NCBI RefSeq assembly: GCF_035561255.1
Contig: NZ_DATMXX010000086.1
Coordinates: 1 to 58,320 of the forward strand
DNA from: Sporomusa sp.
Lineage (GTDB): Bacteria > Bacillota > Negativicutes > Sporomusales > Sporomusaceae
DNA length: 58,320 nucleotides
Direction of reading: 5' to 3'
The notes under the pieces are model-generated. The model saw nothing but the letters and a program-made list of their open reading frames with translations, had not been told where the DNA came from and did not search any database. Both the position numbers and the translations under genes were made by a program. Positions within the stretch are counted from its first letter, which is position 1; every line of letters begins with the position of its first letter. Below are positions 9,562 to 19,626 of the stretch, in pieces.

Positions 9562-10104
9562 GTGATGCTCAATGCTTTTCAGCAGACCTCCCTGTCTGTC
9601 AGTGCCGGGCGTTTATACTTTCATACCTTTCAAACCGTTTTTTTAAGCCCTGTACCGGCACTGCAAATTGTTGGCGGTATTGCCCTGGCCGGCATAACTC
9701 GCGGTATAATAATGGGAGGACTGGTGTACGGGGTCGCCTGGCTGGCATTTGGCGTCCCGGCACTGTCCGGTATTGCTATAACCGGGCTGGTGTTATCTGC
9801 TTTTTGTTTTGCTGCTCTGGGTATTGCCCTGGGGTTGGTTATTGCCGATTCTGATGAAATATCGCTTGTTAATAATTTTATAATCACGCCCATGGTTTTT
9901 TTCTGTGGTTCCTTTTTCCCTATCCAGAACTTACCGGTTTTCCTGCAGGCCGTTGTGTCGGTACTGCCACTGAGTATTGCCAATAGCCTGATGCGGCGGG
10001 TGGTATGGAATAGCCAGGCTGCCGGCAATGCTGCGATATTGGCGTTAATGGGGCTAAGTTTACTGCTGTGGGGGGCCCGGGGATTAAAAAAATACAGTGA
10101 ATGA
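9562..10104 (+). pseudogene. ABC-2 type permease lacking its N-terminus
   Basis: ITPMVFFCGSFFPIQNLP...LPLS is typical of ABC-2 permeases; only 180 aa, abutting the broken ATPase. Confidence 0.65.
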
Positions 10105-10126
10105 TAAATTTGGGGAGGTATTTACA

Positions 10127-10690
10127 ATGAAGACGCTAATTGTTTACTCCAGTTTAACCGGTAATACGAGAAAAGTGGCGGAGGCCATTCATGAGGTTTT
10201 TGGTTCAGCGGCTGAACTGTTTCCTGTTGAAACAGCGCCGTCACCGGCAGCGTATGATTTTGTGGCAGTTGGCTTTTGGGTTGACAGAGGGACTGCCGAT
10301 AAAAAGGCGCAGGATTTCCTTAAGACAATTCAGGGTAAGTCTGTCGCATTATTTGCCACGCTGGGGGCCTATCCTGATTCAGAACATGCTGCCGACAGTC
10401 TGAAGAATGCAGCTGCGTTCCTGGATGCCGGTAACCGGCTTGTTGGAACCTTTATCTGCCAGGGGAAAATTGATCCCCGGTTAATTGAACAGTTTAAAAG
10501 TATGCCAGGGAACCATCCGCATGCTGTTACGCCTGAGCGGCTGGCTCGTTATCAAGAAGCCGCCAAGCACCCTGATGACCGGGATTTCCAGGCTGCCCAG
10601 GCTGTATTTACCGATATAGAAAAACAGTTGCTGCAAGTGGCCGAGCTGGGGAAAAGTGAGGTGAACGCTGCTTGCGGGGAACAAAATTAA
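10127..10690 (+). CDS. Flavodoxin-family protein (HmuF-like, found in heme utilisation loci)
   Basis: MKTLIVYSSLTGNTRKVAEAI, GFWVDRG, FATLGA, CQGKID, HPD; GGAGG SD before ATG 10127. Confidence 0.85.
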   Translation: MKTLIVYSSLTGNTRKVAEAIHEVFGSAAELFPVETAPSPAAYDFVAVGFWVDRGTADKKAQDFLKTIQGKSVALFATLGAYPDSEHAADSLKNAAAFLDAGNRLVGTFICQGKIDPRLIEQFKSMPGNHPHAVTPERLARYQEAAKHPDDRDFQAAQAVFTDIEKQLLQVAELGKSEVNAACGEQN

Positions 10691-10865
10691 AGCAGATTCT
10701 GGCATCGATGAATCCGCAGCAGTATGCCCTGACGGTTGGCGCTGCTGCTGACGAACCACTGTGTCGGCCTTTGCTAAACGGCGGGTAGTCCATGCCGGCA
10801 TCAGGGGTAATCCCCTATTGCCAGGCGAGTGGCAGCCTACCTGGCAGAGCTGCTTATTGCAGTAA
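10672..10865 (+). pseudogene. N-terminal remnant of a HutW/ChuW-like anaerobic heme-degrading radical SAM enzyme
   Basis: GAGGTG SD then TTG: MRGTKLKQILASMNPQQYALTVGAAADEPLC, then after a -1 shift near 10766 AFAKRRVVHAGIRGNPL..W; resembles the HutW N-terminal (D/E)PL..AF..K...HAG motif. Confidence 0.55.
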
Positions 10866-10925
10866 AGGAATTTCCCGTGGACAAAGCCAATTTAACCAAT
10901 AAATAGAAATAGGGGGAATGAGCCG

Positions 10926-11354
10926 ATGAATGTCAAAAAGGTATACCTATTAATTGTATTGCTGTTATTAATTACTTTGTCCAGCACGGTTGTTGCCAGT
11001 GGTGCGGACGGAGAGCAGTTTCTTGATGAGGCAAATTTGATTACAGACGGCGTGTTAAAAGGACTGAATGAAAATAATTACCTGATGTTTTCGGAGAACT
11101 TTAACCAACAAATGAAAGCAGAGCTGTCTGAAGCCCAATTTAACGCACTGAATATTACTGTTAAAGCAAAAATAGGCGATTATGTCTCTAAGCAGTTCGT
11201 TGGCCTGGATAAAAAGGATCAATACAAGATTTTAACGTATTTTGCCACATATACACAAGAACAGCAGGTTGTTGTCAGGACTGTTGTCGTTGAGGAAAAC
11301 AGTAAATTGGCTGTAGCAGGGTTTTGGCTGGATTCACCTAAGCTTCGTAAATGA
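10926..11354 (+). CDS. Secreted DUF3887-like protein
   Basis: Signal peptide; NY..FSENFNQQMKAEL, K.GDYVSK, AGFWLDSPKL. Confidence 0.7.
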   Translation: MNVKKVYLLIVLLLLITLSSTVVASGADGEQFLDEANLITDGVLKGLNENNYLMFSENFNQQMKAELSEAQFNALNITVKAKIGDYVSKQFVGLDKKDQYKILTYFATYTQEQQVVVRTVVVEENSKLAVAGFWLDSPKLRK

Positions 11355-11472
11355 TAGTATTATTGCAATAGAGGGGACGGGGTCAGCATCTTGTTGAAAA
11401 CCCTTTGAATCATGATTCTTACCGTTAAGAATCCGGTAAATACCGAGTAAAAGAAATAGTAGGATATGGCAT

Positions 11473-11497
11473 AAGACACAACCACCGTCCCTGCGTC
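11473..11497. repeat. Dispersed REP-like repeat, copy 1
   Basis: AAGACACAACCACCGTCCCTGCGTC is 23/25 identical to the reverse complement of 28974-28998; degenerate inverted partner at 11371-11392. Confidence 0.7.
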
Positions 11498-11503
11498 CTA
11501 CGC

Positions 11504-11562
11504 AAAAAAACAGCTTTAAACTCATGGCGGATTACTCCGGTAACGAGGTTAAGGCTGTTTTT
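11504..11562. terminator. Bidirectional terminator-like hairpin between convergent genes
   Basis: AAAAACAGCTTTAA...TTAAGGCTGTTTTT. Confidence 0.6.
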
Positions 11563-11673
11563 ATTCGTATTTAAAGCCCCGAATATCGGTTGAAACTAAT
11601 CAAGTCACCTTAGCTTCAAATTAACCGAGTGATGAATGGTGCAGCTTCTGAAGAGGGGTCAAGGTTTCTTGAT

Positions 11674-12348
11674 CTACAGATTATCAATCTGCCAATCGAT
11701 AGTGGTTTTGCCAATAGACTGTAGAGTATTGTTTGTGCGGGAGAAAGGCTTACTTTTGAAAAATCCCCTGCTGGCCGATAGCGGGCTGGGGTGCGGTGAG
11801 GTTATAATGTAGTGGTAGTCATTGGTTATTAGCGTTTTCTTTGATTGGGCATGGCTGCCCCAGAGAATAAACACAATCGGATCGATCCTTTCATTCAGTA
11901 AACTAATGATCCGATCGGTAAACTGCTCCCAGCCTAAATTTTTATGCGAGTTAGCTTGGCCAGCCACAACGGTAAGGACAGTGTTCAACAGGAGTACACC
12001 CTGGTCAGCCCACTTTTTTAAGTAGCCGTTGTTCGGGATATAGCACTGCAAATCATCCCGCAGCTCTTTGTAAATATTAAGCAGAGACGGCGGCGGTGCA
12101 ATTCCGGGTTTTACTGAGAAGCTAAGACCATGAGCCTGATTTGGACCATGATAGGGGTCCTGACCAAGGATGACTACCTTTACGTCGTTGTACGCAGTAT
12201 AGTGAAGGGCGTTAAAAATATTATATTTGTCAGGGTATACTGTTTTGGTCTGATATTCTTTAATTAAACACTGACGTAAATGGAGGTAGTATTCTTGTTG
12301 AAATTCAGTGGCAAGCAATGCTTGCCAGTCATTTTTAAAAATAATCAT
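11674..12348 (-). CDS. ung: Uracil-DNA glycosylase, family 1
   Basis: [27 protein letters not shown]. Confidence 0.97.
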   Translation of the reverse strand: MIIFKNDWQALLATEFQQEYYLHLRQCLIKEYQTKTVYPDKYNIFNALHYTAYNDVKVVILGQDPYHGPNQAHGLSFSVKPGIAPPPSLLNIYKELRDDLQCYIPNNGYLKKWADQGVLLLNTVLTVVAGQANSHKNLGWEQFTDRIISLLNERIDPIVFILWGSHAQSKKTLITNDYHYIITSPHPSPLSASRGFFKSKPFSRTNNTLQSIGKTTIDWQIDNL

Positions 12349-12381
12349 ATTCTATCACCAAACTGAATTATATCATACCTC

Positions 12382-12424
12382 AAAATACTCCTGTCAAGTT
12401 TGTCTGACTTGGCAGGAGTATTTT
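12382..12424. terminator. Terminator hairpin downstream of the acyl-CoA dehydrogenase
   Basis: AAAATACTCCTGTCAAGT...ACTTGGCAGGAGTATTTT. Confidence 0.75.
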
Positions 12425-12458
12425 ATGCTAGTTGGCAAAACGCTGGGAGGGGTAGCCA

Positions 12459-13598
12459 TTAACAGCCTAATTGTTTAGCAATAGTGATTCGCAGAATTTC
12501 TGAGGTTCCTTCCGCAATTTCCATGAGTTTGGCATCACGCAGGTAGCGTTCCTGGGGAAAGTCTGTGGTATAGGCTGCCCCGCCATGAATCTGGATGGCC
12601 TGATTAGCCGCCTGGGAGGCGATTTCCGAAGCAAATAGTTTGGCCATAGCCGATTCGCGACGATGTGGTTTATTATTATCGACAAGCCAGGCGGCCTTAT
12701 AGGTCATTAAACGGGCGAGCTCAAGCTGGGTCGCCATATCAGCTAGTTTAAACCTGATTGCCTGGAATTTTGCCAGTGGCTGTCCGAATTGTACACGCCG
12801 CTTAGCATAGGCCAGAGATGATTCCAAACAAACCTGCGCAATGCCAACCGACACCGCAGCTCCGAAGATGCGGTGCCGGCTCATCAATTCGAGAAGTTGA
12901 GAATAGCCAGCGCCTCTTGTGCCAATGAGATTCTTCAGCGGAACCTGACAGTCATCAAAAAATATTTCATGGTTGCTTACACCACGCATTCCTAGCTTGT
13001 TATACTTGCTTCCTATGGTAAATCCCGGTAAATCTGATGGTACAATAAGCAGGCTCAAGCGCTCCTTTTGCCGTCTTGAATCCTCTGTAATGGCCGTGAT
13101 TACCGCCATTCCTGCCTGACGGGCATTCGTAACAAAGATTTTTCTGCCATTAATAATCCAGTTATCGCCTTCTTGTGTGGCATAGGTTGCACCAGCAGCT
13201 ACATCAGAGCCGGCTCCGGTTTCTGTTGCTGCAAAAGCGCCGAGATATTTTCCATGTGCCATCGGAACCAGATAATCCTCTTTTTGCTGGGGTGAACCAA
13301 ACAAAGAAATTGCTTCTGCAGGCCCTTGGTGGCTGGCGATCACAAAGGCCGTGGAGGCGCAGACACGGGCAATCTCTTCTATGGCAATGACGAGGCCAAT
13401 ATAGCCCAACCCGCTACCACCATAAGCTTTGGGGATCGCAAGGCCAAGCAGGTTCATATCAACGGCTTTTTCAATAACTTCCGAGGGTATTTGCCCGGTT
13501 GTGTCAACGATGTGAGCAAGCGGCGCTACAACCTGATTGGCAAAATCAGTAACTCTTTCTCGCAGCCTTTCTTGCTCTTCAGTGAGGTAAAAATCCAT
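12459..13598 (-). CDS. Acyl-CoA dehydrogenase
   Basis: FAATETGAGSD, NGRKIFVTN, QIHGGAAY, EIAEGTSEI. Confidence 0.93.
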   Translation of the reverse strand: MDFYLTEEQERLRERVTDFANQVVAPLAHIVDTTGQIPSEVIEKAVDMNLLGLAIPKAYGGSGLGYIGLVIAIEEIARVCASTAFVIASHQGPAEAISLFGSPQQKEDYLVPMAHGKYLGAFAATETGAGSDVAAGATYATQEGDNWIINGRKIFVTNARQAGMAVITAITEDSRRQKERLSLLIVPSDLPGFTIGSKYNKLGMRGVSNHEIFFDDCQVPLKNLIGTRGAGYSQLLELMSRHRIFGAAVSVGIAQVCLESSLAYAKRRVQFGQPLAKFQAIRFKLADMATQLELARLMTYKAAWLVDNNKPHRRESAMAKLFASEIASQAANQAIQIHGGAAYTTDFPQERYLRDAKLMEIAEGTSEILRITIAKQLGC

Positions 13599-14015
13599 AA
13601 GATCACTCCATTTTCTGTCTAACCGGTGTTATTATTTCTAATGTTGAGGGTTATATTTATTCTCGCAGCTTTATCAAGGTTAGTGTTGAATATTCTTTGT
13701 TACTTTTCGACGTATCTTTGTCTGTTCCTCTTCTTCTACGGCACAAGGAGGAAATGGATTGAGGAGTGTTGAAACCTTGAAAAGAAATCCATATTATAAG
13801 CGCGGATGGATGTCGTGATATAATTCTGGAAAAAATATTCAAATTATTCGCAGTTTTCCATATACGGATTTGGTAACCGGGGTTCAATTGCATTGCAGAT
13901 CAATCAGCACATGATTATACGCCGTGGAATGAATATTTCATTCCAGACACCTTCGGATCAATCATCATTTGTCTTTTTGGTGTCCGGCATACTGATTCAG
14001 GTCAGGGGGGGTATA

Positions 14016-15383
14016 ATGACGTTTGGTGAAAGAAAACACCGGGAATGCGTCGGGACTAGCGCGCTAGATAGCTTATTTGACGCTTCGTATGATGGTATTG
14101 TAATATTTGATATCGCAGGGAAAGTACTTCAGCGCGGCGGCGTGTTACTTAATAAACTTGGCGAGGCATACTGGCAGGAAATGCAAAGAGTATGCCAGGA
14201 TGTGGTTCAGTCTGGCAAGAGAATTACCCACCTCCTGCAGAACCCGGATGTAATGCAATCTTTCCTGGTGACAGCCAGCCCGGTTTTTGCCGATAAAAAA
14301 CAGATCACTTATGTTGTGTGTAATATACGGGATCTTGAAGAACTGAATGAGCTTGGGCGCGAAGCAGCCATTGCGGGACTTCAGAAAAGGAATGATTTTC
14401 TTGTGACTGAAGGGCTTGAGTATAAAGAAGAATTGAAGCAATTTATCACTCGCAGTGTTGCTATGCAAAGTGTGTTGACCACGGCAATAAGGGTGGCTCA
14501 GGTTGATTCTACCATCTTAATCATGGGGGAATCCGGTGTAGGTAAAGGCATGATCGCCCGCCTTATTCAAGGAGTCAGCAAACGGAAGAAACAACCTTTT
14601 GTAAAAATATCCTGTGGGGCGATACCCGAGCAGCTTTTAGAGTCAGAGTTGTTTGGGTATGAGGCCGGTGCCTTTACCGGTGCTCATAAAAATGGCAAGC
14701 CCGGGCTATTCGAGATTGCCGGCAATGGAACTGTGTTTTTAGACGAAATTGCTGAACTTCCATTAAGCCTCCAGGTAAAACTTTTAAATGTTCTCCAGGA
14801 TAAAACCTTTATGCGTGTAGGCTGTGTAAAAGAACTCAAGACAAATGCCCGGATAATTGCGGCAACAAATAAGAATTTAGAGCTACAGGTGAAGAATGGT
14901 GCGTTCCGGGCGGATCTTTTTTACCGGCTGCATGTTATTCCTATTGTTATTCCCCCCTTGCGCGAGAGAAAGGGCGATATTTTGCCGCTGGGTTTGTATT
15001 TTCTTCAAGTCTTTAATGAACGTTATGACTTTAAACATACCATAAGCCCGGCTGTACTTGATTGTTTTGTGAGGTATGATTGGCCGGGCAATGTACGTGA
15101 ACTGCAGAATTTGATTGAATATCTTGTGGTGATGACACCAGATCATGTGATTGAAGTGCATAATCTGCCGGTGAACCTTTTAGAAGCCTTGCAAAGAAAA
15201 GGAGTTGTACCGAATACTACCGGAAAGGCGACCTTAAAAGGGGCGCTTGAGGAATATGAACGTGATCTGATCGTTAACGTCCTAACCCAGCATGAGACCC
15301 TTAAGGATGCTGCTGATAGTCTTGGTATTGATATCTCGACGTTGACCAGGAAAAAACAAAAATATTGTTTATCAAGAGGATAG
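14016..15383 (+). CDS. Sigma-54-dependent activator (PAS-like, AAA+, HTH)
   Basis: GESGVGK, ESELFGYEAGAFTGA, FLDEI, WPGNVREL; ATG 14016 after a G-rich SD. Confidence 0.92.
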   Translation: MTFGERKHRECVGTSALDSLFDASYDGIVIFDIAGKVLQRGGVLLNKLGEAYWQEMQRVCQDVVQSGKRITHLLQNPDVMQSFLVTASPVFADKKQITYVVCNIRDLEELNELGREAAIAGLQKRNDFLVTEGLEYKEELKQFITRSVAMQSVLTTAIRVAQVDSTILIMGESGVGKGMIARLIQGVSKRKKQPFVKISCGAIPEQLLESELFGYEAGAFTGAHKNGKPGLFEIAGNGTVFLDEIAELPLSLQVKLLNVLQDKTFMRVGCVKELKTNARIIAATNKNLELQVKNGAFRADLFYRLHVIPIVIPPLRERKGDILPLGLYFLQVFNERYDFKHTISPAVLDCFVRYDWPGNVRELQNLIEYLVVMTPDHVIEVHNLPVNLLEALQRKGVVPNTTGKATLKGALEEYERDLIVNVLTQHETLKDAADSLGIDISTLTRKKQKYCLSRG

Positions 15384-15447
15384 CCTCAAACAAAACCGCG
15401 GATAGCGGTTTTTTTTTGAGGCTATCTTTGTTGTTCAAGCGATCTAT

Positions 15448-15495
15448 TGTGCAATAATGCATAACTGGGCTTTGAAAAATTGATGTTTTGCACAT
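15448..15495 (+). promoter_or_regulatory. Putative upstream activator site 1
   Basis: TGCATA-N14-AATTGATGTTTTGCACAT, repeated with identical spacing at 17335-17372, about 120 bp upstream of a sigma-54 promoter. Confidence 0.7.
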
Positions 15496-15613
15496 TCTTG
15501 TGGGCGAGAGTTTTCTTAACCCGGCATTTGTCTGTTTTGCAATGTATTACTAAGCGGCGGATGAGAGCGGGTTTTGGAGGGTGACTGATGAACATTACCT
15601 GAAATTTGCCAGC

Positions 15614-15628
15614 TGGCACAGTTTATGC
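15614..15628 (+). promoter_or_regulatory. Sigma-54 (-24/-12) promoter
   Basis: TGGCACAGTTTATGC, GG-N10-GC. Confidence 0.8.
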
Positions 15629-15744
15629 GTTATACAAAGGTGAAATATTTAGATAATTAAAAAAGAAGGGACAGTGAAAGGAAATATGAGAAATGTAAAG
15701 CAGAAATCATTACTTACCGTTAAGGCAGGGGAGGTCCGGGGAAA

Positions 15745-17331
15745 TTGCTGTTAGCTATTATGTTGGCACTGTTGCCTATTATTGTGGTTTTCATTTTGAT
15801 GACCGTGAAGAAGACGGCGGTGGATCATAGCGGACTTATCGGGTGGGTGCTGGCTTCCCTGATTGCCATTGTATTTTTTAACACCGCTCCGGAAATGACG
15901 CTCCGGGCAAGCCTGGCCGGTGTCGTTGCTTCACTGGGGATATCGTTGATGATTGTTGCATCTATCTTGCAGATTACCTTTATGGAGGCCACCGGTGCCC
16001 TGAAGCGAATCTGCGTATGCATAAAGACCCTTGCGTCTACCGACAAGGCTGTACAAATCCTGTTTATCAGTATGGGAACAGGGACACTGCTGGTTTCAGT
16101 GGGCGCTACTCCGGTATCCATTCTCCCTCCCATTATGATTGCTTTGGGCTATTCGCCATTTGTGGCAGTCGCCTTGCCGGCAATTGGTTATGATTCGCTG
16201 TGCACCTATGCTCTGTTAGGTATCTCTTTGGTGGTGTTTTCAGATATGACAGGCACCACTATTGTCCGGACAGCGCAGGCCTTCGCCGCTTTTATGCCGG
16301 TAATTTCTACCGCTATCGGCTTTGGTATGCTGTGGATTGTAGGCAAAAGCAAGCTGATGAAAGCCGGATTTATCCCCTGTATGTTAGCCGGGGCTACCAA
16401 CGGCGGGGTGGCCCTAGCGATCGCCTACATTCCTTTTTTAAATGGCGCTGTTTTATTGACAGGGGTTATTGCCGGTTTTTGTACAATGCTGATGTTGTTG
16501 CTGTACCTGAAACTGCAGGGAAAACCAATTATAGACAGGTCGGTATTAAGCCAGGCAGACCTGGAAGTTGAGCAAGGAATGTCCTTGACAACGGCACTCT
16601 TGCCCTGGATTATCCTCGTTACGACGCTGCTGGTAATCAATTTCTATAAGCCCTTATATAACCTGGTGTTTAATCAATGGGACATGGCCGTCTCGGTGCT
16701 GCCAGGACAGGTAATCAAGACGAGAATGCTTTGGAACGGCAGCACCTGGGTGCTGATCAGCACCATTGTAGCAGCAATTTTTATGAGGACGGGTGGATCG
16801 GTATGGAAACATACCCTTATTAAATGGGGGCAGCGTGCCCCCAGACCGTTCATCTCCTCCACTGTGTTTTTTGCTATCAGCTTTGTGATGATGAATTCCG
16901 GACCGCATATCTTTGGCGGGGTTATCGAGGACGCCAGGCCAGTTCTTAATATGATCGGGGTATTAGCGCAGGGTTCGATTTTTGCTTTTGGCAGTTTTTA
17001 TCCGTTTATCAGCGCATTCCTGGGCCTGTTTGGCGGGTTTGTCACCAGCAGTGAAACCTCGACAATCGGAATGCTCGCAAAATATCACCTGTTAACAGCG
17101 AAAGCGCTACATATTGATCCCCTGATGGTTAATGCGGCTTCTGCTGTTGGCGCTGGTTTGGCCAGCCTGATCGCCCCGACCAAGCTGCAGAATGCAGCTG
17201 CTACCATTGATGCTATGGGCATTGAAAGTCAGGTCATAAAAACCGGCTTGATTATCTCACTTTTGCTGACTGCAATAACGGGGATCATTGCGATGATATT
17301 TTATGCTTTCTTTTATACTCCGGCTATGTAA
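15745..17331 (+). CDS. L-lactate permease (LctP) family transporter
   Basis: Many TM segments; GGFVTSSETST, GAGLASLIAPTKLQNAAA. Confidence 0.8.
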   Translation: MLLAIMLALLPIIVVFILMTVKKTAVDHSGLIGWVLASLIAIVFFNTAPEMTLRASLAGVVASLGISLMIVASILQITFMEATGALKRICVCIKTLASTDKAVQILFISMGTGTLLVSVGATPVSILPPIMIALGYSPFVAVALPAIGYDSLCTYALLGISLVVFSDMTGTTIVRTAQAFAAFMPVISTAIGFGMLWIVGKSKLMKAGFIPCMLAGATNGGVALAIAYIPFLNGAVLLTGVIAGFCTMLMLLLYLKLQGKPIIDRSVLSQADLEVEQGMSLTTALLPWIILVTTLLVINFYKPLYNLVFNQWDMAVSVLPGQVIKTRMLWNGSTWVLISTIVAAIFMRTGGSVWKHTLIKWGQRAPRPFISSTVFFAISFVMMNSGPHIFGGVIEDARPVLNMIGVLAQGSIFAFGSFYPFISAFLGLFGGFVTSSETSTIGMLAKYHLLTAKALHIDPLMVNAASAVGAGLASLIAPTKLQNAAATIDAMGIESQVIKTGLIISLLLTAITGIIAMIFYAFFYTPAM

Positions 17332-17334
17332 GAT

Positions 17335-17372
17335 TGCATAGCCGTACTGGAATAAATTGATATTTTGCACAT
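17335..17372 (+). promoter_or_regulatory. Putative upstream activator site 2
   Basis: TGCATA-N14-AATTGATATTTTGCACAT, 121 bp before TGGCAC at 17493. Confidence 0.7.
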
Positions 17373-17492
17373 GTACTGGTGGAAATCCTGTTAACCAGCT
17401 TATAGGCTTGGCGTCATATTTTCTAGGCAGATCCAGGCTAAACAGGCGGTATCAGAAGCAACAGGAAGGTGTTATTTAAGCGATTTCGCGAT

Positions 17493-17507
17493 TGGCACAT
17501 TTCTTGC
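17493..17507 (+). promoter_or_regulatory. Sigma-54 (-24/-12) promoter
   Basis: TGGCACATTTCTTGC, consensus match. Confidence 0.9.
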
Positions 17508-17666
17508 TTTATTACTAAGTGGAACAATCGATCTTGATTTTCACTATGAGGGGGGTGGTTGTCCAAAGGTGCGGGTCAATTTAAAAAAGAGAGGAGAGAT
17601 AGTTGTTTAATAGCTGCGTACAGCTTTCCTTTGTCTTTATAACTAAATTTAGGAGGCGCATTCAGT

Positions 17667-18998
17667 ATGGATATGAATAAGGATGCATTGATTCGTAAAT
17701 TAAAACAAAACCAGATTCCTCTCTATATCATTGTTGTTGTGGCGTACATGCTTATCGCGTTTTCCCGGGGAGCCCCTGCGATCATGGGACCTGAACTGAT
17801 CAAGGATTTGCAGCTTACAGCATCCCAGTGGGGGCTGGTTGGACTGGCGTTTTTCTGGGCTTATGCGATCGGGAATGCTCCTTCCGGGGCAGTAGTAGAT
17901 ATTGTCGGGCCCCGGAAAACTTTGCTTGCTTGTCTCCTGTTGCTTGTTATCGGCTGCTACGTTTTTAGTGCCGCCCATTCTCTCACTATGGTCATTGTGG
18001 GAAGGATGATTGTTGCTGTCGGTACGGCAGGGCTGATGATTGCCGGAATTAAGTTGATCTCCTCTTGGTTTACTGTTAAACAATTTCCCCTGTATTACGG
18101 CGGGTATTTGGGATTTGGCGGCTTGGGAAGCTTTTTTGCCACCGCACCGCTGCAGCTTCTAATGAATGACTTTGGCTGGCGGACATCCTTCGTGATTATT
18201 GCCGCAGGTACTTTGGCGATGACGGTTGTGGCTTATTTCTTTGTCAAGGATCGTCCGGCTGATATCGGTTTGCCGACACCGGATGAACTGGCCGGGGAAG
18301 AAGTTGCTAAAGAGAAAAAATCTGACGCACCAACTATGGGGTGGATGGAGGCGACCAAAAAGCTTCTGGCGATGCCGCGTTTATGGATTATTGGTTTATT
18401 CTTTCTCGGCACTAATTCAACCGGCCAGGTAATCGCCTCAATGTGGGGTGGTATTCTTTTGGCCAATGTCTATGGTTTTGATAAGGGGACCATCTCCAGT
18501 ATACTTACCATTTCTGCTTTTGGTCTGGTGGCAGGCAGCTTAGTGGCAGGTGGAATTTGCAAAAGAATCAGCAGTACTGGTGTTATGGTAGCGACGGGGG
18601 TGCTGTTCCTTGTTACCTGGCTGTACATGCTGCTCAACCTTCGTAATCTAAGTGTACTGGAATTGCAAGTCATATATTCGATTATCGGTTTTGTCCAGAT
18701 GTTTGCGGTCGTCGGCGGTATGTCTTGTGTCCGGGAGCTGGTCTCAGGTGAGATGGTTGGTACGGCAATAGGGGGAGTGAACACTTTCTCCTGGATTTTT
18801 GGAGCCGGGGTTTTCAACCAGATCTGGGGTTTGATTATTGATTCTGTTGCTAAAGGCCGGACGCCTTATCCGGTCGAGGCCTTCACCACCGCTATGTGGG
18901 TTCAAACAGGAATTCTGGTAATTACCCTGGTCTGTGCTGCCACTATGTGGAAACTTATGCGTAAGCCAAAGGTTGATATGCCTAGTGCCAATGCCTAA
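17667..18998 (+). CDS. MFS transporter
   Basis: 12-TM pattern, GAVVDIVGPRK motif A, WRTSF. Confidence 0.9.
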   Translation: MDMNKDALIRKLKQNQIPLYIIVVVAYMLIAFSRGAPAIMGPELIKDLQLTASQWGLVGLAFFWAYAIGNAPSGAVVDIVGPRKTLLACLLLLVIGCYVFSAAHSLTMVIVGRMIVAVGTAGLMIAGIKLISSWFTVKQFPLYYGGYLGFGGLGSFFATAPLQLLMNDFGWRTSFVIIAAGTLAMTVVAYFFVKDRPADIGLPTPDELAGEEVAKEKKSDAPTMGWMEATKKLLAMPRLWIIGLFFLGTNSTGQVIASMWGGILLANVYGFDKGTISSILTISAFGLVAGSLVAGGICKRISSTGVMVATGVLFLVTWLYMLLNLRNLSVLELQVIYSIIGFVQMFAVVGGMSCVRELVSGEMVGTAIGGVNTFSWIFGAGVFNQIWGLIIDSVAKGRTPYPVEAFTTAMWVQTGILVITLVCAATMWKLMRKPKVDMPSANA

Positions 18999-19102
18999 TA
19001 ATTACTAACCAATAGAGCAATTTGTCGAATTGATGTGAGCCATGGGTAGATCTGTCGCAGGCTCTGTCCATGAGAAAATAAAAAAAGGGAGCGCGAAATG
19101 TT

Positions 19103-19549
19103 ATGCCATTGCACACCACTACTGTAATAACCCGGCCATATGATCAAATTGAAATCGGTGAGAGTGCTTCAATTACCAAAACCATTACTGAGGCTGATAT
19201 TGTTAACTTTGCAGGAATTATTGGCGACTTTAATCCCATACATGTTGATGAAGAATTTGCTAAAGCAACCGTGTTCGGCAAGCGCCTTGCACACGGAATG
19301 CTAACAGCTTCGTTCATCTCTACTCTTATGGGGCGTTGCATGCCAGGCACAAATGGTTTGTACCTTTCACAGGAAATAAAGTTTCTTAAACCGGTATTAG
19401 TCGGCGATACCATCACTGCTTATGCTGAAATAATCGAAAAAATCGACGCCAAAAGAAGGCTTATTATCAAAACGACTGTTTCCAACCAACGGGGAGAAAT
19501 GGTCATAGACGGCAAGGCCGTCACCATGGTTAGAAAGGATGCTGAATAA
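19103..19549 (+). CDS. MaoC/PhaJ-like (R)-enoyl-CoA hydratase
   Basis: FAGIIGDFNPIHVDEEFAK...RLAHG, FLKPVLVGDTI. Confidence 0.9.
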   Translation: MPLHTTTVITRPYDQIEIGESASITKTITEADIVNFAGIIGDFNPIHVDEEFAKATVFGKRLAHGMLTASFISTLMGRCMPGTNGLYLSQEIKFLKPVLVGDTITAYAEIIEKIDAKRRLIIKTTVSNQRGEMVIDGKAVTMVRKDAE

Positions 19550-19626
19550 GAGTACGTATACCTGCCGGGTAAGGCAATATGTGATTAACGGCGCTGGTAC
19601 TGTGAGAATTCAAAGGGGTGAGAAAT

